A DNA stretch of 64,000 bases, taken from the IMG/VR virus record IMGVR_UViG_3300042885_000900. One strand, given 5' to 3'. Both the position numbers and the translations under genes were made by a program. Positions 10,485 to 20,899 of the stretch are shown one piece after another (positions within the stretch are counted from its first letter, which is position 1; each line of letters starts with the position of its first letter). This stretch comes from a virus (taxonomy: Duplodnaviria > Heunggongvirae > Uroviricota > Caudoviricetes). The notes beneath the pieces were generated by a model, which saw only the letters and a program-made list of their open reading frames with translations, ran no database searches and was not told the origin of the DNA.

Positions 10485-11087
10485 ATGAGAATAGCAATTG
10501 AGATTAATGGAGTATTAAGAAATACGATAGATAAAATAGTACAGACATATCAAAAATATATGATAGATAAGACGGAGGGTTTAGAGGATGAAGAATCTTT
10601 TAAATATGAGATATCATTACCGGTTGATAGTTTAAACCTTAGAAACCATTTTAAATTTCAAAATGATGATGAATTATTTTCATTTTTATATGAAGAATTT
10701 CCAATGGAAATATTTGGTCATTCACAATCTTCGGAATATTCAACTTTCACCGATTTAAATGAAGTGTATGTAAATTTGAGAGACAACCACGAATTATTAA
10801 TTGTGTCTGACGAAATTGGTAGGTCTAAACCAGCATCATTATTTTTCTTATCAAAATTTGGTTGTTTATTAGAAAAAGTGAAATTTTATAGTAATTCCAC
10901 AATAAATTCTATGTGGAACGAAATTGATGTTTTACTTACATCAAATCCTACCTTATTATTAGAACATCCTTCAGATAAAATATTAATAAAATTTGAGACG
11001 GAGTACAATAAAGAGATTAACACAATCCATTCAATAACATCAATTAAAGAATTGGACGATAAATTAAAAAAAATTATAGAATGTTAA
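10485..11087 (+). CDS. HAD/5'-nucleotidase-fold protein, probably divergent
   Basis: N-terminal RIAIEINGVLR resembles HAD motif I (DxDGV) with substitutions. Confidence 0.5.
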   Translation: MRIAIEINGVLRNTIDKIVQTYQKYMIDKTEGLEDEESFKYEISLPVDSLNLRNHFKFQNDDELFSFLYEEFPMEIFGHSQSSEYSTFTDLNEVYVNLRDNHELLIVSDEIGRSKPASLFFLSKFGCLLEKVKFYSNSTINSMWNEIDVLLTSNPTLLLEHPSDKILIKFETEYNKEINTIHSITSIKELDDKLKKIIEC

Positions 11088-11356
11088 AAGTATTAGGTGA
11101 AAATTATTATTTGGATTTAGATAAAATTGATGCTTATGTTCAAATAGAAGAGAAAGTATCGTCATCCGGAGAAACAGAGGGCACGGCAATTAGTATTATA
11201 AAATACGAAACAATTAAATTAATGTTAGAAATTATAATGGACGAGCAGGAAGAAATTGATGATAAATTAGGTATTAAAGGTATTAGTCAATTATCAATTC
11301 CGTTTAAATTAGCCTTTAACACTTTATTATATAAAAATTTACTAAATAAATTATAA
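11081..11356 (+). CDS. hypothetical protein
   Basis: 91-aa ORF in operon. Confidence 0.7.
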   Translation: MLKVLGENYYLDLDKIDAYVQIEEKVSSSGETEGTAISIIKYETIKLMLEIIMDEQEEIDDKLGIKGISQLSIPFKLAFNTLLYKNLLNKL

Positions 11357-11360
11357 CACA

Positions 11361-12422
11361 ATGACACAAGAACAAATTTCAAAAATAGAGAAATCTATAG
11401 AGAACATGAAAGATAAGAAATCAAGAATTTATCTTTTGGTTCAAGACACTAAAGGTAATGCAAAAGCTTCCTTATCTTATATCTATAATTTAGGTATATC
11501 ATTATTAAACGAAGGTTATAATGTAATTATGTTACACGAAAAATCTGACTACACAGGAGTTCAAAGTTGGTTAGGTCAAGAGTACATGGATTTATTACCT
11601 CATAAACCAATTGAAGGTGAAAATTTAGAAGTTTCTCCTGAAGACTTTATTATTTTACCAGAACTTTACGGATTTGTAATGAGTCAAATCTCCAAGTTAC
11701 CTTGTGGTAAAATAGTATTATGTCAAGCATATGACCACATATTAGAAACTTTACAACCAGGTCAAACTTGGTCACAATTAGGGTTTTTTAAATGTATAAC
11801 AACATCAGAGATTCAAAAAGAATATTTAGAAAATATTATGAGAAATGTATCATTTGATATATTAAAACCTTTTATCTCCGATGAATTTACTCCAAACACA
11901 TTACCATCAAAACCAATAATTGCAATACATGCGAGAGACCAAAGAGATTCCACTAACATAATAAAATCTTTTTATATTAAATTCCCCCAATATAGATGGG
12001 TAACATTTAGAGATATGAGAGGGTTATCAGAAACTGAATTTGCTAAAGCATTAAAAGAATGTTTCCTTTCTGTGTGGATTGATGAAACAAGTTCATACGG
12101 TACTTTCCCTTTAGAATCTATGAAATGTAATGTTCCGGTTTTAGGGTTAGCACCTAATTTAGTACCTGAATGGATGAATGAAGATAATGGTGTTTGGATT
12201 AATAATAAAATACAAATTGTTGATTATATTTCTGACTTTTTACAAAATTGGTTAGAAGATAGTATTAACGAAAATTTAGAAGGTGAAATGTTAAAAACCG
12301 TTGGAACTCTATCTACCAAAGAAACTTTCAACTCTGAAGTTATAAACCTTTTTGAAAGATACTTGTCTGTTAGATTAGAATCATTTGAAGAACAATTATC
12401 TAAACTAGAAACAATAGAATAA
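11361..12422 (+). CDS. GT-B fold glycosyltransferase-like protein
   Basis: DFIILPE and SYGTFPLESM (E-x7-E-like region). Confidence 0.6.
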   Translation: MTQEQISKIEKSIENMKDKKSRIYLLVQDTKGNAKASLSYIYNLGISLLNEGYNVIMLHEKSDYTGVQSWLGQEYMDLLPHKPIEGENLEVSPEDFIILPELYGFVMSQISKLPCGKIVLCQAYDHILETLQPGQTWSQLGFFKCITTSEIQKEYLENIMRNVSFDILKPFISDEFTPNTLPSKPIIAIHARDQRDSTNIIKSFYIKFPQYRWVTFRDMRGLSETEFAKALKECFLSVWIDETSSYGTFPLESMKCNVPVLGLAPNLVPEWMNEDNGVWINNKIQIVDYISDFLQNWLEDSINENLEGEMLKTVGTLSTKETFNSEVINLFERYLSVRLESFEEQLSKLETIE

Positions 12423-12423
12423 T

Positions 12424-13236
12424 ATGGAAGAAACTAAAACATTTGATGTATCCGTAATATTACCAATAAAATCAGGTAAAACATTAGGATTTGCAGAGTA
12501 TTTTGAAAAATGTATACTATCATTACAAAATCAAAAAGTAGAAATAAATGAACTAATAATTGTTCATACTAACGAAAGTTATTTGACCGATTATTTAAAT
12601 GAGTTTGACTTTGGAAGTTTAACGGTTAAAAAATATGAATGGACTAAAGACCCTAACTACGCCGACCAAATAAACTATGGTGTTAGAAATTCAAATTCAG
12701 AATGGGTCTCATTGTTTGAATTTGATGATGAGTATTCCAGTATTTGGTTTAAAAATGTTAACCTTTACAGTGAGGTGTATCCCGATGTAAATGCGTTTTT
12801 ACCAATCGTTGTAGATACTGACGAATCAGGTAAATTTGCCGGATTCACAAATGAAGCAACTTTTGCGGCCAATTTTACTGAAGAAATGGGTGTATTAACT
12901 AATGAAACATTACTTGACTATCAAAATTTCCAAACATCAGGTATGGTGATTAAAAAATCATCATTTATTGATTTTGGATTAATTAAGTCATCATTTAAAT
13001 TAACCTTTGGTTATGAATTCTTTTTAAGAATGACACATAACTCGGTAAAAATTATATCAATCCCAAAAATAGGTTATAAACATACAAATTTAAGACAAGG
13101 GTCTATTTTTTGGAATTATAAAAATGGTGAAAATGTGTTAACCGATGATGAGATTAAGTTTTGGATTGATTCAGCAAAAAAAGAATATTTCTTTATTAAT
13201 GATAGAAACATAAAATACGAACCTCAAGAAGTTTAA
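12424..13236 (+). CDS. GT2-family glycosyltransferase-like protein
   Basis: VSVILPI, INYGV...SEWVSLFEFDD. Confidence 0.65.
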   Translation: MEETKTFDVSVILPIKSGKTLGFAEYFEKCILSLQNQKVEINELIIVHTNESYLTDYLNEFDFGSLTVKKYEWTKDPNYADQINYGVRNSNSEWVSLFEFDDEYSSIWFKNVNLYSEVYPDVNAFLPIVVDTDESGKFAGFTNEATFAANFTEEMGVLTNETLLDYQNFQTSGMVIKKSSFIDFGLIKSSFKLTFGYEFFLRMTHNSVKIISIPKIGYKHTNLRQGSIFWNYKNGENVLTDDEIKFWIDSAKKEYFFINDRNIKYEPQEV

Positions 13237-13985
13237 TGAGTGAAATAGTTAATTTAACAGGAGATACCGTTGTTGAGTTAAAAAAGAAAGGTAGAAAACC
13301 AACTCAATTAAATTACTTTGATGTTCGGGAAGAATTAGCGGTTGTTAGATTTCTAGCAACCGATAATTATGAAGAAAGAAATAAAATTTATAATGAGTTT
13401 TTAAAACAACCTTTAGATAAGATGATATCCTCGATTATTCGTAGATATAAATTATATAGAAAAGATATGGATTTCACAGAAATTCATGTAGATACTCATT
13501 CATTTTTAATGACCAAGATTGAAAAATTTAAACCTTCCAGAGAAAAGAAGGCGTATTCTTATTTTGGTACCATATGTAAAAATTATTTAATGGGTCAAAT
13601 CATTAAAGACCAAAAAGAAACAAATAGAAAAATATCATACGAGGATATTTCAACAAGTATTGAAAATAATGAAATGTTTTCATATAGCATAGAAAACGAT
13701 GGATTAGACCCCGAAAGAATTATCAGACATTTTTTGTTAGATTTAGAAAAATTTATTAAAGATGGTAACCTGTCAGAAAATGAAGTTAAACTAGGTCATG
13801 CATTATACGAAATATTTGAGAATTACGATAAAATTTTTGTAGGAAATGATAATAATAAATTTAACAAAAACATTATTTTATTATCGTTGAGAGAGATGAC
13901 AAACTTAACAACAAAAGAAATTAGAGGGTCTATGAAAAAATTTAAAAATATGTATTTGGTGTTAATTCAAAATATGGTTAAATAA
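13236..13985 (+). CDS. late-transcription sigma factor (T4 gp55-like)
   Basis: NYF N-terminal motif and KFKP...KAYSYFGTICKNYL region-2-like segment. Confidence 0.65.
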   Translation: MSEIVNLTGDTVVELKKKGRKPTQLNYFDVREELAVVRFLATDNYEERNKIYNEFLKQPLDKMISSIIRRYKLYRKDMDFTEIHVDTHSFLMTKIEKFKPSREKKAYSYFGTICKNYLMGQIIKDQKETNRKISYEDISTSIENNEMFSYSIENDGLDPERIIRHFLLDLEKFIKDGNLSENEVKLGHALYEIFENYDKIFVGNDNNKFNKNIILLSLREMTNLTTKEIRGSMKKFKNMYLVLIQNMVK

Positions 13986-14010
13986 ATTACACACCTAAAT
14001 ATTTATCATT

Positions 14011-14391
14011 ATGGGAAGACCGAAAAAAAACGAAATTAATTTATCAAAAGAATCAATGTTATCATTGATGCAAGAAATCTATAATGAATTAGTTGAACAG
14101 AGAAATACCGCAATTAGAATTCAAAATAAAATGTTAACAATGATGAAGGAACCGGAAGATATGACTATCATAGGGCCTGTGATTGAGAAACAACAAAAAA
14201 TAATTAATGATTGTGTTGAGAAAAAATTAACTCTTTCTAAACTCCAATCCGGTATGTGGGAAAAATCTAATAACAATAATAATAACGAAAGTTTTTCTAT
14301 TACTGATTTAGGTGATGACGACGATTTATTAAAAACCTTAATTGAAAAAGACATATCCAAAAGTTCTGATTCTTATAAAATGAAAAAATAA
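14011..14391 (+). CDS. hypothetical coiled-coil protein
   Basis: 126-aa ORF behind TATTTAT motif. Confidence 0.7.
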   Translation: MGRPKKNEINLSKESMLSLMQEIYNELVEQRNTAIRIQNKMLTMMKEPEDMTIIGPVIEKQQKIINDCVEKKLTLSKLQSGMWEKSNNNNNNESFSITDLGDDDDLLKTLIEKDISKSSDSYKMKK

Positions 14392-14397
14392 TTTAAA

Positions 14398-16320
14398 ATG
14401 GGATTAGATTTAAACTTTGACTATAATTCTGTTCAAAATAAAATAAATGCAACAAAATCATATACCGATTTAAAAGGTCAGTATGATGATACTACTAAAA
14501 AAGCGGGTGAATCATTTGAGAAAGCAAAATCAGACGTTACCGGTCAAATCCAAAATTTAAAAAATCAATCTAAAAGATATCAAAAAGAGATTAAAACTCA
14601 ACTTGAACAACTATTAGATATTAACAAAATCACTGGTGGTAAGGGAGGGAATTCAACTAAATATGTTAAAAGATTATTTTTAACAGCCCTTAAAAATATT
14701 GAACCTAAAATCGCTAAAATTTTATCTGAAGAGGCTTTAAATGCTGTTGGATGTGACCAACAGCAATCTTTTAGTGCTCAAACTATCTATATTAAAGTTA
14801 AGTCCATTGATTTAATCAATCTTTTAAAATTATCACCAACTGAAGATGATGGAAAACCATTGTACGAAAAACAACCAATATCTGTACAAAATTATCCATT
14901 TGCAATGAATAAAGAATTATACGAATTAATTCAAAATGGTAATCCATATTCAACTACTAATGGTCAATTATATAAAGGACAATCGGGTAAAGATTTATTT
15001 GATATTCAATATGTTGAACAAAACAATTTAGGTCTTACTGGACCTTGGTACAAAGTAACTTTAAAAGACCGTATTGGGATTGGGGGCGGAACACCAAATA
15101 AAGTCGGTGAATTTATGGTAGATTATTTCAAAACAATTAGAGTTGTTGATACCACAAATATAATGGCAAATATTATGGAAGCCTTATCAGGGGCGGTTTC
15201 AATAAAAGCCAACGCTGGTATTGGTCAAATTGGTGACCAAACTAAATTTGGAGCAATTGTTCAAAGAATATTAGGGTTATGTTTTGATAATAGAAAAGAA
15301 ATTGATGTTAGTGGAATTGCCAAATTAGCCGATTTAGATGGTGTTGATGAATCATTTTTTGAATTTAATGAAATTGATTTAAGAAAAATAGAACAGACAA
15401 TCACAAATATAAAAAATGGGGTTATAGAATTTGAAGGATGTGATAACATTAAAGTTCCTGTGAATGCAAATGCAATTTTTGAAGATTTAAATAATTTAAA
15501 TTTTGTATCCGATAATGATTTGGTTGATGCGATGGATAATTTAACCAATTCGTTAATTAATGACCCTGTTTGGGGTTTATCACCTCAAATAGATGTGCAA
15601 GCGGCGGTTGATTTTAATTTTATAAAATTAATGTGTCAAGGAATTGCGTCATCATTATTATCTCCAAAAATATTATTGCCAATTTACATTATGTTAAAAT
15701 CTTTAGGTCAATCAGCGGTTGATTTAATTAATTCTTTTATGACTTTTATTAAAGAATTTAAAAAATTTGCAATTAATGTTATCTCAAAAGTTGGTGCGAT
15801 TTTTATTGAAGAATTATTTGAATTGATTAAAAGAGACATTATGGTATTAATTCAGAAAGTAGTTACTGATTTAATAAAAGAAAAAATTAATAAAAGATTA
15901 ACGATGATTTTAAAATTAGTACAATTATTATTAATTGTGTCAAGTTTTATTAGTGATTGGAGACGATGTAAAAGCGTTGTTGATGAAATATTATCAATGT
16001 TATCGTTAATAACATCATCAATACCTGGTCTTGGTGGTGGAATACCATTACCATTATTATTCGCCTCACAATTATTGGACGGGTATTCAGCATCAAGAGC
16101 TTTTATTGGTTCTATTGAGGAATTCCAAAAAATTGGGGTCCCAACAGGTGCATTACCAGATGGGAGTCCAAATTTAGACATATTATCAAAATTTGGACAA
16201 ATGAAAGCTATGGCAAATGAAGAAGATTCAAATGGTAAATTAGAGATAGCTATAGGACCATTAACAATGACACCAGCAGGTTTAACTATCCCATCTAAAG
16301 CCTCCGGAAAAAAAATATAA
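14398..16320 (+). CDS. large hypothetical (putative structural) protein
   Basis: 640-aa ORF upstream of baseplate-type gene. Confidence 0.65.
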   Translation: MGLDLNFDYNSVQNKINATKSYTDLKGQYDDTTKKAGESFEKAKSDVTGQIQNLKNQSKRYQKEIKTQLEQLLDINKITGGKGGNSTKYVKRLFLTALKNIEPKIAKILSEEALNAVGCDQQQSFSAQTIYIKVKSIDLINLLKLSPTEDDGKPLYEKQPISVQNYPFAMNKELYELIQNGNPYSTTNGQLYKGQSGKDLFDIQYVEQNNLGLTGPWYKVTLKDRIGIGGGTPNKVGEFMVDYFKTIRVVDTTNIMANIMEALSGAVSIKANAGIGQIGDQTKFGAIVQRILGLCFDNRKEIDVSGIAKLADLDGVDESFFEFNEIDLRKIEQTITNIKNGVIEFEGCDNIKVPVNANAIFEDLNNLNFVSDNDLVDAMDNLTNSLINDPVWGLSPQIDVQAAVDFNFIKLMCQGIASSLLSPKILLPIYIMLKSLGQSAVDLINSFMTFIKEFKKFAINVISKVGAIFIEELFELIKRDIMVLIQKVVTDLIKEKINKRLTMILKLVQLLLIVSSFISDWRRCKSVVDEILSMLSLITSSIPGLGGGIPLPLLFASQLLDGYSASRAFIGSIEEFQKIGVPTGALPDGSPNLDILSKFGQMKAMANEEDSNGKLEIAIGPLTMTPAGLTIPSKASGKKI

Positions 16321-16322
16321 TT

Positions 16323-16538
16323 ATGACAAAAATAGAAGAATCAGAAAAGGCGTTAGATATTATAAAAAATTATAAATCTTCATCAAACAAAGATTTAATT
16401 TTTGTTATGGATTTTATCCAAGAAGATTTTAAATTAACAAAAGAAACTATTATCAAATTAACAGAACATTTAGATAAGGTTGAGGTTACCTATAACACAA
16501 TTTTAAAAGAATATCAAAAAAGAACAAATACTAAATAA
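16323..16538 (+). CDS. hypothetical protein
   Basis: 71-aa ORF, stop overlaps next start. Confidence 0.65.
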   Translation: MTKIEESEKALDIIKNYKSSSNKDLIFVMDFIQEDFKLTKETIIKLTEHLDKVEVTYNTILKEYQKRTNTK

Positions 16539-18112
16539 TGCAAATAGATAGTCAAAATAAGTATCAAATATTATTTGCCGGTAGAGTATATGATAACCAA
16601 GACCCCACTATGCTTGGTCGTTTACGTGTTTTACCTGAAAGTAAAGATTATTCGGCCATAATAGGAGCTGTCCCAAATTGGTCTGAAGAGACTGATAAAT
16701 GGACAAGTAAAGACCCAATTGTTTTTATACCATTATTACCTTTCTACATTAGTCAAACACCTAAAATTGATGAATATGTTCATATCATTTATATGAACAA
16801 ACAATTCCCAAATCAAAATCAATTTTACATTCAAGGACCATTTTCTTCGCCAACAAAAACATCATTTGAGCAATTTAATGGTGCTCAAAAATTTTTAGCG
16901 TCAGGTGATAAAATAAAAGAGGGGATATCAATTAAAAATCAAAATGGTGAATATAGAAACCCAACTTTAAATAAGGGTATTTATCCTGAACCAGGAGATA
17001 ACGCTTTATTGGGTAGAGGTTCAGCTGATGTCGTTGTAAAACAAAATGAGGTGTTAATTCGCGCTGGTAAATCAAAACCTCTTACCGGAGCATTACCTGA
17101 AGTTAACACAAAAAGAGGGTTTTTACAATTATCTAATTTCTCAACACAAGAAATTCCTGGTACACCAACAATGGACACTAGGTTTGAGGAAGTTGTTGAT
17201 ATGGTTAAAAAAATGATAATATGGGATGTGTCATCAACATTAGAAAGTAATTCTAATTTTACTGGAACCGTTAGTTTACATAATGTAATACCAAGTATTT
17301 CTGTTAATACTAAAAATTTTAAACCGGAAAGTATTACATCTTTAAGTGTTGGTACTAACTATACAAATGCCGTTGAGAGTTATTCTTTTGTTGGTGATGA
17401 CTTTGATACTTGTATCAATAAAATTAATAAATTTATTTCTTCCGTTTTTGATGGTCATATTGATATTCCGGGATATGCGGTTAAAAACCCCCAAAATTTT
17501 GTAAAGGGGGCTAATTTACCTTTAATTGTTACTCCATCAAAATTATCCTATGAAATAGGTAATAACACTAACCCAAACACTACAAATATAACCGCTATCA
17601 CAAATTACATTAAATTTTACTCTAAAATTAAATGTAATTCAACTCAAACAAAAACCGGTTTTTTCCTAATATCCACAACAAATTCAAAAGGAGCACCATT
17701 TATTGGTCCACAATTTGATAAAAAAGAAGAGATTTCAATATTAAATGATTTCAATAATTCTGATATAACTTATGGAATATTGGGTAGTCAAAGAGTTTAT
17801 TTATTGTCTCACGATTCAACAGGACCAAAAGGTTTAATTGATTTATCTGACACTCTTTATGGTATTCCCCAAGATAGATTTGTTAGAGGTGAGGGAAGTA
17901 TTCTTAATAAAACTTACCCTGTTGTTAGAGGAGACCAATTGATGATATTACTCCGAAAAATGTTTGCTTTTGTTACGGGTCACGTACACCCAACGGCGAC
18001 AATGGCTCCGGTTCCGGTGGCATCTGGTAATGGACAAACTAGTTTTGAGGTAGAAAGTATTTTAGCCAATGCGGAAAATGACATACTAAATCAAAATATT
18101 CGAATTAATTGA
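16538..18112 (+). CDS. baseplate hub/spike protein (gp5/Vgr OB-fold-like N-terminus)
   Basis: GRVYDNQDP..LGRLRV N-terminus, PKIDE.V, C-terminal V.GD.L...L...HVH. Confidence 0.65.
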   Translation: MQIDSQNKYQILFAGRVYDNQDPTMLGRLRVLPESKDYSAIIGAVPNWSEETDKWTSKDPIVFIPLLPFYISQTPKIDEYVHIIYMNKQFPNQNQFYIQGPFSSPTKTSFEQFNGAQKFLASGDKIKEGISIKNQNGEYRNPTLNKGIYPEPGDNALLGRGSADVVVKQNEVLIRAGKSKPLTGALPEVNTKRGFLQLSNFSTQEIPGTPTMDTRFEEVVDMVKKMIIWDVSSTLESNSNFTGTVSLHNVIPSISVNTKNFKPESITSLSVGTNYTNAVESYSFVGDDFDTCINKINKFISSVFDGHIDIPGYAVKNPQNFVKGANLPLIVTPSKLSYEIGNNTNPNTTNITAITNYIKFYSKIKCNSTQTKTGFFLISTTNSKGAPFIGPQFDKKEEISILNDFNNSDITYGILGSQRVYLLSHDSTGPKGLIDLSDTLYGIPQDRFVRGEGSILNKTYPVVRGDQLMILLRKMFAFVTGHVHPTATMAPVPVASGNGQTSFEVESILANAENDILNQNIRIN

Positions 18113-18134
18113 TATTTATAAGTAAAACACTTAA

Positions 18135-19610
18135 ATGTCAATTAATAACTCATATTTTAGCAAGAACAATACCCTTACTTCAAATAGCTTTGTAAATACT
18201 GGAAGAAATCCGGTTACCGAGCTTTTTTATGGTTCAGTTATTAGTTCTCAATACCCAAACGGGTATAGTAGATTTATCTTTGATTTAGATTTAACCTTAT
18301 TAACTCAAAAAGTTTCTGATGGTACAATAAGTTTAAATTGTGGTGAACTTCCAACACATACTTTAAGAATGGTGAATACCTCATCATTTAATGAAGAACT
18401 ATTAAATACTACCACATCTCAAGGTAGAATGAGAGCCACTTCATTTGATTTAATTTTATTTAGAATACCATATATTGATAATGACCCTGACCAACCCCAA
18501 GTTTGGGATGAAGGTGTTGGGTATGATTTTGCCGATTTAATTTACGATTATAGTCCATCAGATAAAAACTTTTCTGATAGAGCATCAAATTGGTTTCAAA
18601 CAACCACTATTGGTACTTGGGAAGAAGAAGGTATATATAATAATCAAAACATTGGTAATGTTCCTTATAGTGGGTTAACCATTGTTGATACCCAACATTT
18701 TGAATTTGGTAATGAAAATGTTAGTTTTAATATGTCGGACGAAATTAATGCTATATTAACCGGTCAATTAACTAATGTTTCAGGATGGGGAATTGCTTAC
18801 AAACCACAAGTTGAGAACATAACAGGTATTACCGATAACTACGAAGTTCAATTTTTTACTCGTCATACACAAACATTTTACGAACCATTTTTAGAAACAT
18901 CTTACGATGATTTAATTCAAGATGATAGAAATTTATTTAGTTTGGGAAAAGTAAATAAATTATACCTATATCTTTTTGATAATGGTAATCCGATTAATTT
19001 AGATAATAATCCAATGGTGGATATTTTAGATTCGACAGGTACTGAAATATCTGGTCTAATTGGTCTTAGTACTTGTCAAAAAACTAAAGGTGTGTATGAA
19101 GTTATTATCCCTCCTCTTTTAGGTTATAAAACACCTTGCACATTTTCTGATAGATGGTATAATTTAAATTTAAACGGATTTGGATTACCTCAAATGACTA
19201 ACGATTTTGTTATATACCCATTAAAAAATTCAATTCAAATGGGGGTTGTTTCATCTGAACCTAAATTATATGGTTTTGACTTTTATGGTTTAAAACAAGA
19301 TGAAAAAATATATAATACCGACATGAGAAAAGTTGGTGTGGTTATTAAACAAGCATATTCTACACAAAAATTATTGCAAAATGTTAGTGCGTATTATAGA
19401 ATTTATGTTAGAGAAGGTCAAACAGAAGTTCAAGTACAAGATTGGACAAAAATTAATCGAACACCAAATGAATATTATTTTATGTTCGACACAAGAGATA
19501 AAATACCAAATGAATATTACATAGATATAAAAGTCGAAAGTAGTGGGGAAATAAACACTTACAAAAAACAAATCAAATTTCAGATTGTTAATGTAAAATA
19601 TTCAGAATAA
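18135..19610 (+). CDS. putative virion structural protein
   Basis: 491 aa, SRFIFD and WDEGVGYD segments as in phage DNRLRE-like structural proteins; late motif upstream. Confidence 0.55.
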   Translation: MSINNSYFSKNNTLTSNSFVNTGRNPVTELFYGSVISSQYPNGYSRFIFDLDLTLLTQKVSDGTISLNCGELPTHTLRMVNTSSFNEELLNTTTSQGRMRATSFDLILFRIPYIDNDPDQPQVWDEGVGYDFADLIYDYSPSDKNFSDRASNWFQTTTIGTWEEEGIYNNQNIGNVPYSGLTIVDTQHFEFGNENVSFNMSDEINAILTGQLTNVSGWGIAYKPQVENITGITDNYEVQFFTRHTQTFYEPFLETSYDDLIQDDRNLFSLGKVNKLYLYLFDNGNPINLDNNPMVDILDSTGTEISGLIGLSTCQKTKGVYEVIIPPLLGYKTPCTFSDRWYNLNLNGFGLPQMTNDFVIYPLKNSIQMGVVSSEPKLYGFDFYGLKQDEKIYNTDMRKVGVVIKQAYSTQKLLQNVSAYYRIYVREGQTEVQVQDWTKINRTPNEYYFMFDTRDKIPNEYYIDIKVESSGEINTYKKQIKFQIVNVKYSE

Positions 19611-19634
19611 ATGGATATTTATAAATAAAAAATT

Positions 19635-20000
19635 ATGGCAAATATATATTACTCAGGGACATCTTGTATTGATGATTCACCAATTGAACTTATTTCGGTT
19701 GAGGGTCTTTTAACCGGAAAAACATATCAAGATACTAATTTAAATTGTATTTCATTGGATTTTAGCGCGTCTACAACCGGAGAAACTAATACAACATTCG
19801 TATATGGTCCGTTCGACGATTGTACCGAGTGTAATGCTCCACTATCAGCAGGAACTGAATATAATGTATGTGTATTAGATTGTAGTGGTAACACTATATC
19901 TATAATACCCCCTCATCCGACTTATACAAATGGATTAGGTAAAGCGGTAGTTCAATTAAACGCAATTGCGTTAGGAGGAATAAACGGATTAAACAATTAA
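19635..20000 (+). CDS. small Cys-containing hypothetical protein
   Basis: 121 aa, GPFDDCTEC; late motif upstream. Confidence 0.6.
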   Translation: MANIYYSGTSCIDDSPIELISVEGLLTGKTYQDTNLNCISLDFSASTTGETNTTFVYGPFDDCTECNAPLSAGTEYNVCVLDCSGNTISIIPPHPTYTNGLGKAVVQLNAIALGGINGLNN

Positions 20001-20015
20001 AAATAAATAAAAATT

Positions 20016-20357
20016 ATGTTATACGCACAAATTACACCGGCAGCTGAAAAAACAACACAAGTAACCCCTTTCTCAGCAATTACTGAATCCGCAGACTTAA
20101 TGTTTGCTGTGGCAAGACCATACACATTAGGAGCTTCAAGAGTTAACTTCCAAGTAACTTTCGGAAATGGAACTATCGCCGACGGTTTAGTTTCTAACTT
20201 TCAAGAATTATTATCGTCAAATGTTACTCTAACGAGTGATGAACTTTCAAATTGGGGTACTGATGATTCCGTTGTATTAGGAACTATCGCAACCAAATTA
20301 GGAACAACATCTTTAGGTGTTTATACCTCAGCTCCACAACAAGGAAACAATTTTTAA
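20016..20357 (+). CDS. hypothetical protein
   Basis: 113-aa ORF. Confidence 0.65.
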   Translation: MLYAQITPAAEKTTQVTPFSAITESADLMFAVARPYTLGASRVNFQVTFGNGTIADGLVSNFQELLSSNVTLTSDELSNWGTDDSVVLGTIATKLGTTSLGVYTSAPQQGNNF

Positions 20358-20426
20358 TTAAAAGTTTAATTTTTCTTTTTTATATCATTTTTATTATTAT
20401 CTTTGTAGAATAATCTAAAAATAAAA

Positions 20427-20837
20427 ATGATGAAAATTTTAAGGAGATTAAGGAAAAAAATTAATTATAAGATTGTTAAATTCTTCAGAAATCTAACAAG
20501 TAATGATAGACCAATACTTGAGGATAATGAAAGAATATGTACATCTGTATGTAGAAAATTAATTAATCACCCAAATTCTAAATTTTTAATCGCCCCCCTT
20601 TCAATGAAGAGGTACATTAAGAATAGCGAATTAGAATTATTTATTGTTTTACAAGATAGACAAATTAGTATCACTAACCATGTATATCATTATGATGTTG
20701 TTATTAGTAATAGAAATTGGGAAAGAGTTACAACTATGTACGATAATAAAACCGAGAAGATTAGACAAGAATTTGAAACTGAAATGAGTTCTCAAATAAA
20801 ACATTCTTTATCAACAATACTGTCTAAATTAGATTAG
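20427..20837 (+). CDS. hypothetical protein
   Basis: 136 aa, preceded by TATCTTTG host-type promoter. Confidence 0.65.
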   Translation: MMKILRRLRKKINYKIVKFFRNLTSNDRPILEDNERICTSVCRKLINHPNSKFLIAPLSMKRYIKNSELELFIVLQDRQISITNHVYHYDVVISNRNWERVTTMYDNKTEKIRQEFETEMSSQIKHSLSTILSKLD

Positions 20838-20899
20838 TGTTTTTCAGATAAAACCTTTTTAATTAAATCCCTTAACGATTCGTTTTGGGATTTTTTATT

